A DNA stretch of 63,321 nucleotides, filler included, from Phoronis australis (lineage: Eukaryota; Animalia; Phoronida), in assembly GCA_002633005.1 (NCBI GenBank). It is 10 parts of 10 records of this genome, joined end to end, with 100 filler letters (N's around TTAATTAATTAA, not from the genome) between each part and the next. Parts side by side here need not be neighbours in the genome. Positions count along the whole stretch, not along the records: positions 36,340 to 39,994 come from NMRA01002914.1; positions 40,095 to 44,673 come from NMRA01002545.1; positions 44,774 to 51,551 come from NMRA01000198.1; 7 more parts are not named here. One strand, given 5' to 3'. Under the pieces are notes generated by a model. The model was not told the origin of the DNA. It did no database searches and worked only from the letters and a program-made list of their open reading frames with translations. Made by a program: the position numbers and the translations under genes. This document shows, piece after piece, positions 36,402-48,949 of the stretch. How positions within the stretch are numbered: position 1 is the stretch's first letter; the number at the start of each line of letters is the position of its first letter.

Positions 36402-37831
36402 CAGTACAGGCACTGAATTTTTAGACTTCGTCCGGGCTACCTCACGCCTGGCCAGACCGGAGCGCAACCGGAACGCAGGCTTGACAGAAATCAGTCACGG
36501 TGGCCTCACGCCTACTCTCCGGGTAGTCCTCATGCTTACCTCCGGTTTAGTTAACGCCTTCCTCACGTCTCGTTAACGGTTACCTCACGCTTTCTTCACC
36601 CCTTTGGTAGCTGTCGTAACCATAGTCGGACACCGGGCTAACCAGTAAAAACACATGATTTCCTGTCTTCTCGATCAAGTTGCAAAGACATTATAGTATA
36701 TTATAGATTATCTTTGCAAGCAGTCATCTATCACACTTAGGTTCCGACCAACTCTGTAATTCCACGTGTTGTTCATACAAACGTCTTCCTCCAGCTCGTC
36801 TTGTGTTACACTTACATGTACATGTTCAATTTACGACTCAAGAGCCAGTCCCATCAACGACAAACATGTACAGTAACCACGGTTAGTAAATACGAATGAA
36901 CGCGACGCTGTGTCCAGAGTCATCTTTACATGGCTGCGGACTCCTTGAAACTTGTCACACGTGGATATAGTTATTCGCCCTAAAAATAGCATACGCATCT
37001 TGTGAAGTATTGTGTCACTCTGTAAAGTTTGCACCGTACTGGCGTACAGATAATTTCAATAGGCCGCCCTTCTGACATACCCATCCCTTACTGCAAGCAA
37101 ATGTTTTGAATTAAAAGTCCTCAATCAGTAGTGCCGTTCAATTATTTGTAGCCCCCTCCCCGTAGTACAGGCGTTTCGACTGAGTACACGGTATCCCCGG
37201 GGTAATTCTTCACTAAAATAATAATAGCGGTCATCTGTTTGACTCGTCAAATTCATGGGCGCGATCAGTTTTCTCCGCATGATGCCGGTACTTGGGATCA
37301 ATGTGCTCAGAATTGACATGCTATGCTCCTTCGTATCGTGAAGGCAATTGAATAATTCCGCCATGTACACGCGTGTTAAGATTCTTTATTAGTTTATATA
37401 AAAACAAATTATATAGATATATAATTATGAATGAGTGAAAAGTAAAGTCCACAGGTCTGTTTCCTGAAGTGACTTAAGATTTGAGACGGAATTTTTTGTC
37501 TTTTACTGCACGTGACGATTTCAAAAAAAAATAAACCTCACATGAGGAAAAGTCTATGAGAATACACACATCAATGCTAGTTACTGATATAATTTTAATA
37601 AATTACTTTTTTACCTGAGATGCAGGTAAACTCACGCCTAGCTGGCTCACGGCTGGCTCGCGCTTCGTTCACGCTTAACTCACGGTAAGCTCCGGATACA
37701 GTCACGCTTAGGCTCACGCCAGCTGTCACGGTTGATTCACGCTTCACTCTCCGGTCTGTCTCAGGTTACGGTCACGGATGGCTAGACCGGAGAGACAACG
37801 GAGAGAGTCTAATAATTCAGTGGCTGCACTG
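36402..37831. mobile_element. Tc1/mariner-like non-autonomous element
   Basis: TA|CAGTACAGGCACTGAATTTTTAGACT ... AGTCTAATAATTCAGTGGCTGCACTG|TA. Both subterminal regions are rich in TCACG and CCGG repeats. Confidence 0.75.
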
Positions 37832-37928
37832 TACTTCTTTGCATCGTTCACAATCGCAAGCCCTCTTTATAAGTTGCCCGACATGATATGACAACAGAGA
37901 AATGTATGCAATTGCTTCACACATCTTA

Positions 37929-37932
37929 TATA

Positions 37933-38002
<70 letters not shown>
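37929..38002. repeat. (TA)n microsatellite
   Basis: Direct read of the sequence. Confidence 0.97.
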
Positions 38003-38006
<4 letters not shown>

Positions 38007-38129
38007 TGAGGTGCATTTGTTGACAGTAACACCAATAAACACCGTTCGTACCTTTGAATTTACCCCAATTCCGGCATTCGGTAACTCTGTTTGGAAACTC
38101 GGTCGTTTGAAGATGAGGGGCTAATTTGA

Positions 38130-38390
38130 GAGACAATTAAACAACGAAATTTGGACATTGGTGGAGAACTGGAATTGTTGAATGCCGGTAAATTAGATAC
38201 TTACAGATGACGCAAACATCAATTACTCCTGGAAAAGTATGTCACAAGTTTGAAAGCTAGAAAATATGTGGAGTCTTTAACAGGATTTAGATGTTCAAAT
38301 CACAACTTAATAACAATGGGACACATTTGAAAGTCCCCAGAAAGAACTGTACTGTTCGTGGCCTGTAGAAGAGGCATATAGGTAATAGTC
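38130..38390 (+). mobile_element. RTE-X-like LINE 3' fragment
   Basis: LLEKYVTSLKARKYVESLTGFRCSNHNL...VPRKELYC resembles the LEKYL...LTKFRxSNHxL...PRxxRxC C-terminal motif. Confidence 0.65.
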
Positions 38391-38454
38391 TGATATGGAT
38401 ACCATGGTATTGTACGTCCAATACAAAAAAGTACCGAAAGTAAAGTCAGCAATG

Positions 38455-39076
38455 GATATCATTTCAGATTCTCGTGTAAACTGTTACTCAATGCTTGCAG
38501 AAATCATGAATGTACCTCTAAAACGCATTCTAATGAAGGATGCTGCTCCCTCGATGTTTGCGTTCGACTCTGCTCGCTCGTCCCTCCTCGGAGTGCGTTT
38601 TTGAAACGGGAAGCCTTGAGAGCTGCAGCTACTGCAGTTCTCCGAGACCATTCCTTATTGATTTGAGGAAAGTTCCATTGTTGTTTCGAATGTGCTAGGA
38701 AATCTATTAGGGAATTATTTGGTCTTCGGTGTCCTTCTTTGACGTCTTGTTCACTCTGCTCAACCGCTCCCTCAGCTTGTGCGTGTTCAGACTACTCGTA
38801 TTTCGGTTCAAACGAATATGGCCTTATTTCTTGGTGGTGAGAGACTTAATAGTCACTTCCACTGTCTACCATTTCTCCGTAACTACATGTACATGTAAGT
38901 CGCAGGTTGCGGTTCCCGACTTCGGCCATTTCCCGTCGACTGCAGATCAAAAGACGGCTAAAGTCAGATTATATGAGTTCTAATTCAATCTAGAGTTTTC
39001 GCGAAATACTCGTCGGGTCTGAAACGAAAGACATTTTATGGGTTGATTAGTGCACTGTGTTTTGCGGATTCTTTAA
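38455..39076. mobile_element. Probable internally deleted Kolobok(P)-like element
   Basis: Plus strand: THAP C-terminal box LAEIMNVPLKRILMKDAAPSMF (cf. LKxDAVPTIF). Minus strand: MVDSGSD..EIRPYSFEP (KolX/P2X7-C-like N-terminal motif). Right end CT|TTAA at 39071-39076. Confidence 0.45.
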
Positions 39077-40234
39077 TTCGTTGCATCATACAAGTTCATT
39101 ATTCGTGCCATTGAAGCGTATTCACTTGTTAGTTACTCTTTATGGGTTCATTCATTATTGATATTCAGGAATTCACTAATTCGTTGTAGTCCACGGTTTA
39201 TTCCCAATCTCTTAGTAGCAAACTTCCATAAAACTAGCGGAACGGCATCCTAACCCAAGCCCCCCTCTCGTGCTTAAGTCACATTCATAAATGGTTTCCT
39301 CCAAGTTCAGTCTTAAGCCGGCTCTAAAACTGGTCTGCAGCCAAAATCCTGTTTTTGTTGTTGCGTTCACTTCTTACTGCAGAGGTAGGCATGCCGCGGG
39401 ATTCCGGGGAACTCGCTATCAAGGGAGGTTTCTTCTGTCTGGGAAAACACCAGTCAGATTCTCGAGCGGTATTGTCTCACGGTACCCTAGCGACATCCAA
39501 CAGGGAGTCACACGATTCTCACAGCCCGTCGGACAGCTGAGCCACTGTCGAGTTCCCTGTACGACAATTTTGCGCCTTGATGTGCTAAACACGTAACTCT
39601 TCTAAATATTGACGCTCGTCATGTAGTCCGTGCATTCGAATCACTTTGAGATACGTTAGTGAAGGAATATGGCAAGAAACTGTAGCATTTTTTTTCTGGT
39701 GCGACATAAAAAGAAAGGTAAATTTGCTATTCAGTACCCTTAACAGACCGGAGAAGGTTGTTACTCTATGGAATACAACTTTGCCAGTACTTTTTGTTAA
39801 TCAAAGCGTTACCTCAGGTGGATATGATGCCCAAATGAATCAAAATGCTAAAAACACAAAAAGTTGAAATAATTGATGAAAAAAGACGACCGCATTTGCG
39901 GAAATATCAACATGTTTCACGCAAATCTCTTTTTCCACACGCCATTTTTTCAAAATCATGTCTGTCCAAAAACTGATTTCAGAAACAACGTGGANNNNNN
40001 NNNNNNNNNNNNNNNNNNNNNNNNNNNNNNNNNNNNNNTTAATTAATTAANNNNNNNNNNNNNNNNNNNNNNNNNNNNNNNNNNNNNNNNNNNNTAGGGG
40101 CAGAATGTCTGGGGCACCGACTGAGATCATCTTATACTCATGCTTTAGCTGCAGAAATTTAGGCCTCCAAAGGCACTCTCGATAACATTGTTTTATCCTA
40201 GACTTACATACTGGCGTGTCTTATCTGGTTTCAG

Positions 40235-43200
40235 GGCCAGTTCAATATCTTTGTGCTCAACCTGCGCCGTACATACAAGGAAAAGGTTTACACGTTTAGA
40301 CAAGTGATTGAGTTGCACCGAGATGACCTCAACAGGAAACAGGACTATTGGGACGAGTCACTTATCGTAAGTTGCGGGATCAGAATTTAAGAGAATTCGA
40401 GGAACTGATGAAAATCAACTGCCATTACTGGAAGTCCGGATATCCAAAATTTTCTTTCCACTTCATTTTTGCTAAAATTATTACAAGAGGGAATTGTTAT
40501 GCAGGTCAGATTAAATGAAGCACCTTTCCTAGTGCTGTATCAGTGTGGTATCATATTTTCATTTCAGAGTTTGAGCGAGCGTAATAAGAAGTTATTGAAT
40601 GACAAGAGGGCACTGTTGATCCGTAACAAGGTGGAGTTTGAACGTCTAGAGAGAGAGAAGGAAGAAGCGGTCAAGCAGTTGACCCATGAACTGGACACAG
40701 TCAATTTCAAAATGTCCACAGGTGAGGCTGTGTTAATATTTGACAGCGTTAGATTTGTCTCAGCAAGTTTCTGTCCAATACCCGGCCAATTTTTCTCCGG
40801 GCACTCTTTCCAATTCCGAACTCCCTTCCCGCCTGTCCGATCACCCATCCCCCAACCCACTCTCCCTCTTGTACCTTCAGCGACCCCCAACCCTTGTGTA
40901 TACACTCTCCCATCCCAACCCCCTCCACNNNNNNNNNNNNNNNNNNNNNNNNNNNNNNNNNNNNNNNNNNNNNNNNNNNNNNNNNNNNNNNNNNNNNNNN
41001 NNNNNNNNNNNNNNNNNNNNNNNNNNNNNNNNNNNNNNNNNNNNNNNNNNNNNNNNNNNNNNNNNNNNNNNNNNNNNNNNNNNNNNNNNNNNNNNNNNNN
41101 NNNNNNNNNNNNNNNNNNNNNNNNNNNNNNNNNNNNNNNNNNNNNNNNNNNNNNNNNNNNNNNNNNNNNNNNNNNNNNNNNNNNNNNNNNNNNNNNNNNN
41201 NNNNNNNNNNNNNNNNNNNNNNNNNNNNNNNNNNNNNNNNNNNNNNNNNNNNNNNNNNNNNNNNNNNNNNNNNNCCCCTCCACAGCCTCTACCCTATCCC
41301 ACCCCAACCCTCTCCACACCCTCTACCCTCACCAGTCCGATTATGTGGGACCTCATCAGCAAGTCTATAGTGTTTGAGAAACAAAGATTTCAACTGACTA
41401 AAAGTGTAATTTCTTGTTTACTTTTAGCTGAAAAAGAGCATGTGGAGTTGATGGAAAAGCAGAGACTGGAACATGTCCAGGTGGTGGAAGAGAAAGACAA
41501 GGAGACTAAGGTATTCGCATGCTTTGGTCAGGCATTGTGGGAACTGTTAGTAACATATGGTGTTAACGCCTTCAAGTGTCTGTGAACGTAATGTACCTAA
41601 AAGTAGCACAGTGTAGCTTAGAGTTGAGGAAGTCTAGAAAAAAATGAAAATTGTAACATTTTTGGGAGAGAATTTTTTTATGTTATTGGTGGATAAAGTA
41701 TTATGTTTTTAAAGTTAAGTTTAACTGCAATGTCTCGATCTTTACGTCCAAAGACACATATTATTTGGGATTGTTGAGAGAGATAGATATCTTGAAGTTA
41801 CTTTCTTTGACCAGAACAATAAAACAATGAAATGTATTGTTTTGCAAGTCTCCAATTCTCGCCATTATTTACCAGCCATTCGTTGAAATCAAAGCCGGCG
41901 AATTTACGTATTAGGTTCAGCTCTGCCAGTAGAGTGTTGGACTCTGACCACTAACTTAGGTTATGATTTCAATATTGCTTTAGGTCTGAGTTCAGAAAAC
42001 CATTTTTCTCACTTTGAAACATACTCAATATTACAGTGAATATCATTTGACGTGTACATGAAATCTTCTTGTACTAGTAGAATAGATTGTCGTCTCCCAG
42101 TGGGACACTGTTCTTGGGTATAAGATCGTCCCAAGAGGCATTCCCGCAGTAAATTTAGCATAATAAACAAACTTCCAAGCACAACATTATCCACCATGTA
42201 CTGGGGTCAGTTTATAAATTCTATGTCATTCACAGATTGTCAAAGATGAATTAGAATCTGAGAAACAGGAAGTAATTCGCCTGAGAGAGCTGTTGGCAAA
42301 GATGAAGGAAGAGGTGAGGGAATCGACTGTAATTGTGGCTGCCACTGCAGCCCCCTCTGTTGAGCTAGAGGCCAGTCAGCAGTCAGAGCCCGCTCCCGTG
42401 GTTACTGCGGTGCGAGAATCTTCATTTACTGCCCAGCCGAAGGTCATTGTTACAGGTGAGATTATTCGTTGCATTTGAATTTTGCTGAAGCGGTTTCAAA
42501 TGAAGTACTTTTAATTTCCAGAATACCGTAGCACCCTCTCTGTTTTTATGATATTTACCCGCAATGCTGTTCAACAGTAGGGCACCTGCCCACAGTTGTG
42601 CACTGCTGTCGTGCTAATCAATATTTTACATAGCATTAGTTTGCACTCATCATTCTAATGTCAATAAATTGTTTCTGTAGTAGTACAGTAAGTTCCACTA
42701 CGGATATCACATGTTTAAAATGTTGAGTGTGACTTGTTGAATCGTTGTTCACTTGCCTGCGATGTGTGTTAGATGCCGTAATTTTTTAAAACTAAACCAG
42801 TTGTGTAATCCATTTTTCTGCCTCTTCAAAGGAAGAGATTTGAATCTAAAATGAGGAAATTTGAGGTAAAATTCAAAGGAAGCTTAGTCATTTAATTGTT
42901 GAATGATTCATTTATTAAATTTTACAACTTTACAGGATTGATGTTTTGCTGCTAATTGGTAAAGGTGCAATTTGAAATGTGTGCCATTAATGGAAAAATG
43001 CATTATATAATATAGTAATGTACACATTGCAATCATCATGAAGTTCTATGTATAAACAAGTACATTGGTGCACTATGCACTCTTGTCAACAATACACAAA
43101 CTGGTCCTTTTGTTTAAAGGCATAGTATGCAGATTTCACAAGAAAACAATTTCCATCTATATTACAGGCTTTAGAATGTAAGTGTTACACGTTGCCTCAA

Positions 43201-44665
43201 AGCTAAACTTCAGTTGGAGTAGGAAACTTAAAGTTGTTGTTACATCACTGAATCATTCTTGTTCTGGATTGCCAAATGTTTTAAGGCTTGTGTGTTTCTT
43301 CAGACCTTTCCAAGGAAGAGCGCGAAAAGATGGAGGAAGAACGGCGTTTAATCTCGGAAGAGCGAGCCAAGATGGCAGAAAGCATGCGGACAATGGAAGC
43401 AGAGATCGACAAATTTCAAGAGGATCGTAAGGCGTTCAACGAGGAGAAGAACAAACTGCAGCTGGAGATGAATGCTGCGAATAAGGTAGTGATACTGGAT
43501 GTGTTGTATTGAGATTGAAGAACTATTTGCAGTGAGGAATGAACATGCGCAGTCCTTCTTTCCGTGTTGTAGTTGTCCCCTGCTATTATGATATTTGCCT
43601 TAGCCATGTTTCCATTGACTTTTATGCACAACCTGACCAAACACACTCCTAACTGGTTAAGGTTTAGCTTAGTTCACTGCCAACAAAAAAATTTACAATT
43701 GAAGAAATCATATCAGTATGGACAAACTGTTTTGATTGGGATGGAACTACTTTTTCTGTTATTCAACCACTGACTTATAATTTGTTACTATTTTGGAAAA
43801 CTTCGGTACGAAATTGCTTCAGTCTGATTTTTTGCTCATTTTTCAATTAGACTGTTGATTATTAGCTGCTCATTATTTCATTGGCAGGAAATCATAGAGT
43901 GGAAGACCAAGTATGAGATGCTAAGGTCACAATTGGGTGACCTTGCTGACATCAAGGCAAAATACGACGCGCTATTGGCTCAGTTTGAGGTCATGGCGGC
44001 TATGTCAAAGGTCGACACAGAGGAGGACAAAAAGAAGGCAGAGGTAAACCCAATCACTTGACTTGACTTTTGACCTTTGTTGTACTTGAGTCACTCAACT
44101 TAGTATTACACTCTGACAGCTGGGTCACTGTTGTTTGCCCGCGGGGAGGGATCTGTGGCCAGAGCCACCATCTTCTGCAGAAAACCCCCAAAAAATTCAC
44201 TGTAATTTCAAGAATGCGTTTTAAAATTAGACCTTCTAATGAGTTAAAAAATTTAGCATTTATCCAATCAAATGGATCGGCCGGTGACAGGAGATCTTTT
44301 TTTAACTTCACCAGCTTTGTACGTTCGAGGGTCGCAGGTGTACTTTAAACTTTACACTCATCACAACATAATTACGCCACTGTCACAAAAATGCACTGAA
44401 ATTTGAACATTTATTAAGACCAACGTTACTGAAGCAGATTTTATTGTTTTGTCTCGTGGTTCACACTTACTGAGTTTTTGCTCAATATTTCCTATAAAGG
44501 AAATCCATGGCATCTCTGATATGTTTGGTTTCAGGAAACTATGGCAAAGACTAAAGAAGACCGCGACATGATGGAGGAAGAGAAGCAAAAGATTGAGGAA
44601 GACATCAAGAAGTGGGAGGCGGAGTTTAAAGCCAACAATGGGCGGGACCCAACTGAAGATGACAA
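40235..44665 (+). CDS. Multi-exon coiled-coil protein fragment (exons 40235-40366, 40568-40721, 41428-41510, 42236-42455, 43304-43485, 43888-44043, 44535-44665)
   Basis: All seven exons have canonical AG/GT ends and compatible phases, giving one open frame GQFNIFVLNLRRTYKEK...SLSERNKKLLNDKR...IKKWEAEFKANNGRDPTEDDK. E/K-rich heptads. Confidence 0.85.
40820..41335. repeat. C-rich low-complexity intronic repeat (ccaccccaaccc-like) spanning an N gap
   Basis: Similar C-rich units on both sides of the 40929-41274 gap. Confidence 0.7.
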
Positions 44666-45313
44666 GTAAGGAGNNNNNNNNNNNNNNNNNNNNNNNNNNN
44701 NNNNNNNNNNNNNNNNNTTAATTAATTAANNNNNNNNNNNNNNNNNNNNNNNNNNNNNNNNNNNNNNNNNNNNGTTCACCATAATTGAGAATGCAAACAG
44801 GCCACATTTTTCCACCAGCTCTAAAGATACCACCATACTTCATGAATACAAGATGTAGTGTTGTGAAACGTGACTTCTGGTTGTGCCGACACGTACAGCC
44901 AGATAAAACCGCTCTAAGTTGCTTGCCAAGCGGCAACTGCCTTTTGGCCGAATGGTTTAGATGCTTGGCAATTGCTCGTGCAACCTAGGCTCCTAGCTTC
45001 AAGTCTCGGAGTCACTGAACTGTTCTACAGTTATGAACCTGTGCTCCACCTAAGAAGCCAAGCTTTGATTTAGTACAGACACCTATAAAATTCGTTTAAA
45101 TTTGTTCCTCATTCAGGGGAGAATTTCTTAGGGCCTTGCACCCTCTGAGAATGGAAATCAACCCCCCATGGCCAACACCAAACCTATTTCTAACAGGTAT
45201 CCCAACTTAACATTTAGTCTTTGTTTCAAAGCCTAGCCTTCACTTGAACGAAGGACTCATGTGAATGCTTTTCAATACTGATCTCCTTAGAGCTTGTAGA
45301 GTGTGAACTAATC

Positions 45314-46676
45314 CAGGGCTCAACACTAACGGTTGCCCGATTGCCCGTGTACATGTAGATTTTGCGTCGGGCAAGTGGAATTTGAAAAGTACTTGCCCGA
45401 TGGGCAAGTTAAAAAGCTAGCTGCATAGGCAAGTAGATCCTAAGGTTGTCTGCTCGACATTTGCTCCAAAGTAACAAACCCCGACACAAGCCTAAAAACC
45501 GTCGAAAAAGCCTCTGTGGCCGTCAAAGAAACTCCCGTCTTCGAATGAGCACCGAAAGGAAAATAGAACGAGTGTGGTGCAACGTGCACAGATGACGCTC
45601 GCGGTCAAATCCTTTCGATTCTCTGAATGTGCCTGCAGTTTCTGAATAAGTTGTCACGTGATACTACTGATCGTCTGCACTCTGGCAAAACGTCTAAACA
45701 TGGAAGCCGTCCATTCCTGGACGGCATTGGTTTAGTTGCTAAAAAAAGAGTTCAGGAAGAATCAAAGCAATAATATGAAACGAAAAGTGCGGGGATGGGT
45801 TCCGTCATGGGAAATTAGGTTTTCTGGCCTGCGAGACAGTGAACAACGGATGACGTTTGATTTTTGCCGGCGTTTACCTATGTACAGCTGGAAGCACCGC
45901 GTTCGTCAGCGGATGTAAGTCATGCAGATAAGCGCAAAAGCTAAAAAGTGAATGATTGACGACATATTTTCTACACTTCACAGCAGTTTAAAAGGCCTGG
46001 TATTTATTCAGGGGAATTCCAAAGGACATTCTTATGAATTCCCGGCTCCCGGTGGCGACTCCCGAAAGAAGAGGAATACGGTCTTCGGGTTTGCCGCTCT
46101 GAAGTCTGAAGGGTGACTTTTTCGCGGTCTATCTATTTTTCAAAAATGTAATTATTTATTGAAAATAAAAGTATATGTGGCATTATTATATGTTAAAATT
46201 TGATTTTAATTTAATACAAGGTACCGATGACCAAAACTGTGCAAGATTTTTACGGATAGCAAAAATTCAAATTCAGGTTAAGCAAAGTTTAATGCATGAG
46301 GGCGTATAAACTAATGAATACACAGAAGTGTCCAGAGTTCATACCCTAGCTCATTTCGGCGCCTGTGAACGTGTGACAATGGTTCAGATACCATAGTTAC
46401 TCTTCTAATTTGTCTCTCTAGTGTTTTGACACACCTTATAAATAAATGTTCTATAAGAAGAATCGTTAAAAAAATAGCAACTCATGTATATAGCGTGCAC
46501 AACACAAGAGGAGGCTCAGCAAAGGCAGCCCTACGGTAACACATTACCTAGGTGTGCACATGCACGGTGCTATTTGGGATTGTACTTGGGGCAAGTGAAT
46601 TCGTTGTTCGGGCAAGTAAAAATTTCAACTACTTGCCCGAAGGGCAAGTGGCTTAAAAAGTTAATGTTGAGCCCTG
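45314..46676. mobile_element. hAT-like non-autonomous element with 5-bp TSD (hAT5-type)
   Basis: 17-bp TIR CAGGGCTCAACACTAAC / GTTAATGTTGAGCCCTG (1 mismatch), subterminal GGGCAAGT repeats and exact flanks TAATC at 45309-45313 and 46677-46681. Confidence 0.8.
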
Positions 46677-46869
46677 TAATCTGTTTTCTGTTTTGTAGTT
46701 CGAGTCTGAAAACACAGTTAATAAAGCCATTTGATAGTCTAAATCGCTAAAATGAAACTGGTCTTGAATCAAGTTGAATGACATTAAAACTAAAATTCTT
46801 TGTTAAGTGACTGGTTGCCGAGTTCTAAGTAATTTCCTCAATAACTGAAAGAAATGCTACTCAAACTAC

Positions 46870-47190
46870 CTTATCCAGGGCACCACTTATAATTTTAGTG
46901 TCAAAATTAGTTCGCTCTTTATCCTGAAGAAGGGCGTGATGAAGGTAAAATTGTTTCACTGTCAGCGACTGCGAAGACATGTCATCTGCCACAGCACCAA
47001 AATTGTCATATGTTTCATGATATCTTTCTTCAGACCCAAATTCACTAAGTCTGTAACTCGCTTTGTCACTGTTCTCTTTTTCCAAACCTTCTGTATCAAG
47101 TAGAGCCTTATTCAGGCTCACACAAATTGTCAGAATTATTAGAAATATCTTTAATCTGACACATTTCCGCGAACTTATGAAAGCAGCCAT
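46870..47190 (-). CDS. First coding exon of an unidentified signal-peptide or type-II anchor protein
   Basis: aacATGG start; MAAFISSRKCVRLKIFLIILTICVSLNKA hydrophobic leader; 107 open codons ending at donor AAG|GTAGTT. Confidence 0.6.
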
Positions 47191-47399
47191 GTTTGTTGTT
47201 CTCTGCTGACTTATGGGAAAACACGTTCATTTTTAATGAGATTTTAGGTAATTTTTCTGTTTTTTACACACAATGCATATTAATTTTATGTAATTATTGC
47301 TAATTTTTAATTTGATTTTCATCTTGGATGAGAAATGACCTTACTAAGAAATACTTGCAACTCTCCAATTGGCGAGACTCAACGTAGCACTTCTCAAAA
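47191..47399. promoter_or_regulatory. Compact bidirectional promoter
   Basis: 209 bp between divergent ATGs. CCAATTGG at ~47366 and a YY1-like AAAATGGC overlapping the HM13 start. Confidence 0.55.
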
Positions 47400-48767
47400 A
47401 TGGCAGACGAAGCAGCCGCAATCGTGAATGAAACTTTAGTAGAAGCCAATGCGAGTGGAAATGCATCGGCAAAAATTCCGGCAACTCCCGAAGGAATGGC
47501 ACTAGCGTATGGTAGTTTGTTTTTAATGGCAATCGTGCCCATATTTATTGGGTCTTTTCGATCCGTGAAGTACCATAAGGAACTGAAGGTAAACATATGA
47601 ATCTGAATGAGCCGGTTTTTTCCGGCAACATATGGACTGGTTCTTAAACCTTATTATACATCAACGAAGTTTCAGTGTGTCGTTAAACATAAGTCAGATG
47701 TAACAGTTCCAGATTATGAGTTGTGAAGAGAACCAATTACTTCCACTGAACAGCTGAATTCTTGTAGCGTGTGTAGAACTGGAAGTAGAAGCAACTGGCG
47801 CTGGCACTGCTGCACATGTTGAGCTTATTTCGATCTGTTACTGTTAGAATATACACCATTAGTAAAGAAGGGAGTACTGTGTATTCCTAGTACTGTGTAC
47901 TCCATTACACAGTGACATAGAATGTGCCAAAAGTCTGGCGAGGTTCGCAATCTCACCATCAAAGCACTCCTGCATGATTACTTGCAGCTTAGGCTTTGCT
48001 TATGGCTTTGATCGCATCAAATGAATTACCATGATTGAAGTACAAGCAGCAGTGTTTGATTTAACAGCCTGCAGCTTGCCAATGTGACTTCATATTGTGT
48101 TTGGCGACCTGGGATATTTACAAGAAGTTGCATTTGGCGAGTTGGTGTTAAGTTGAGCATCAAGCATTGCATTAGACAGTTATTCCATTAGATCATGTTT
48201 GGTGATTAAAATGACATGCTGTGCCAACTTGTATAGCACTGTTTTGAACAATAACAAACTGCCAGTTCTTTCATGAGCCCTGAAATGGCCATCCATCACT
48301 AAGGAATAATGTGAAATCAATTTCATTGTTGTAACTGGTCTAAATCAATTTTTTTGTGATGGAAGGCAAGCTTAAAAATGCTTTAAACATCCTATTGCAG
48401 TGCCAGTGGTCACATGGTAGAAAGTGAAACTGGGACATCTAGGATGTCGTAAAAGGGGGAATGGCAAACCACAATTTTAATGAAAATATCACAAGCCCTA
48501 AATAAATGGCGTATTTGCACCATTTTTAGTCACAATCATTATTTTTGACGAAAAAAGGAAAAAAACTTTTTCTTGGATCCTTTTGATATTTATACAAGTT
48601 CTGTTGAAACATCTGAAAGCATCTAATTTCTTATTAATGCATTTTTGTATTTTATGGCTGCGTTTTAGGACAGTGGTGAGAAGCCGGAGACGATGTCTGG
48701 TAAAGATGCGGCCATGTTTCCCGTAGTTGCAAGCTGCGCACTTTTCGGAATTTATTTATTGTTTCAG
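47400..48767 (+). CDS. HM13: Signal peptide peptidase (minor histocompatibility antigen H13), exons 1-2 (47400-47588, 48669-48767)
   Basis: ATPEGMALAYGSLFLMAIVPIFIGSFRSV|DSGEKPETMSGKDAAMFPVVASCALFGIYLLFQ is the hallmark SPP N-terminus. Canonical splice sites, phase 0. Confidence 0.95.
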
Positions 48768-48949
48768 GTAATGAGGTGACAGTTCTGATTATTGGCTTTG
48801 ATTAACATAATGTAAGACTCCAGAAAATATCCAAATTTGGCCAACTTTGGAACAGAAGTGGCTAGTTGGATTCGTGTGAAACTTGCAGATACTATGCTTT
48901 AGTATGTGCAGGTATCAGTCCTCCGCAGATTTCATTAAACACTTGACTC

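Noticed and set aside
40469-41585. Long 250-300 aa ORFs in the track
   Set aside because: Inflated by an N gap. Only the spliced exons 40568-40721 and 41428-41510 are supported.
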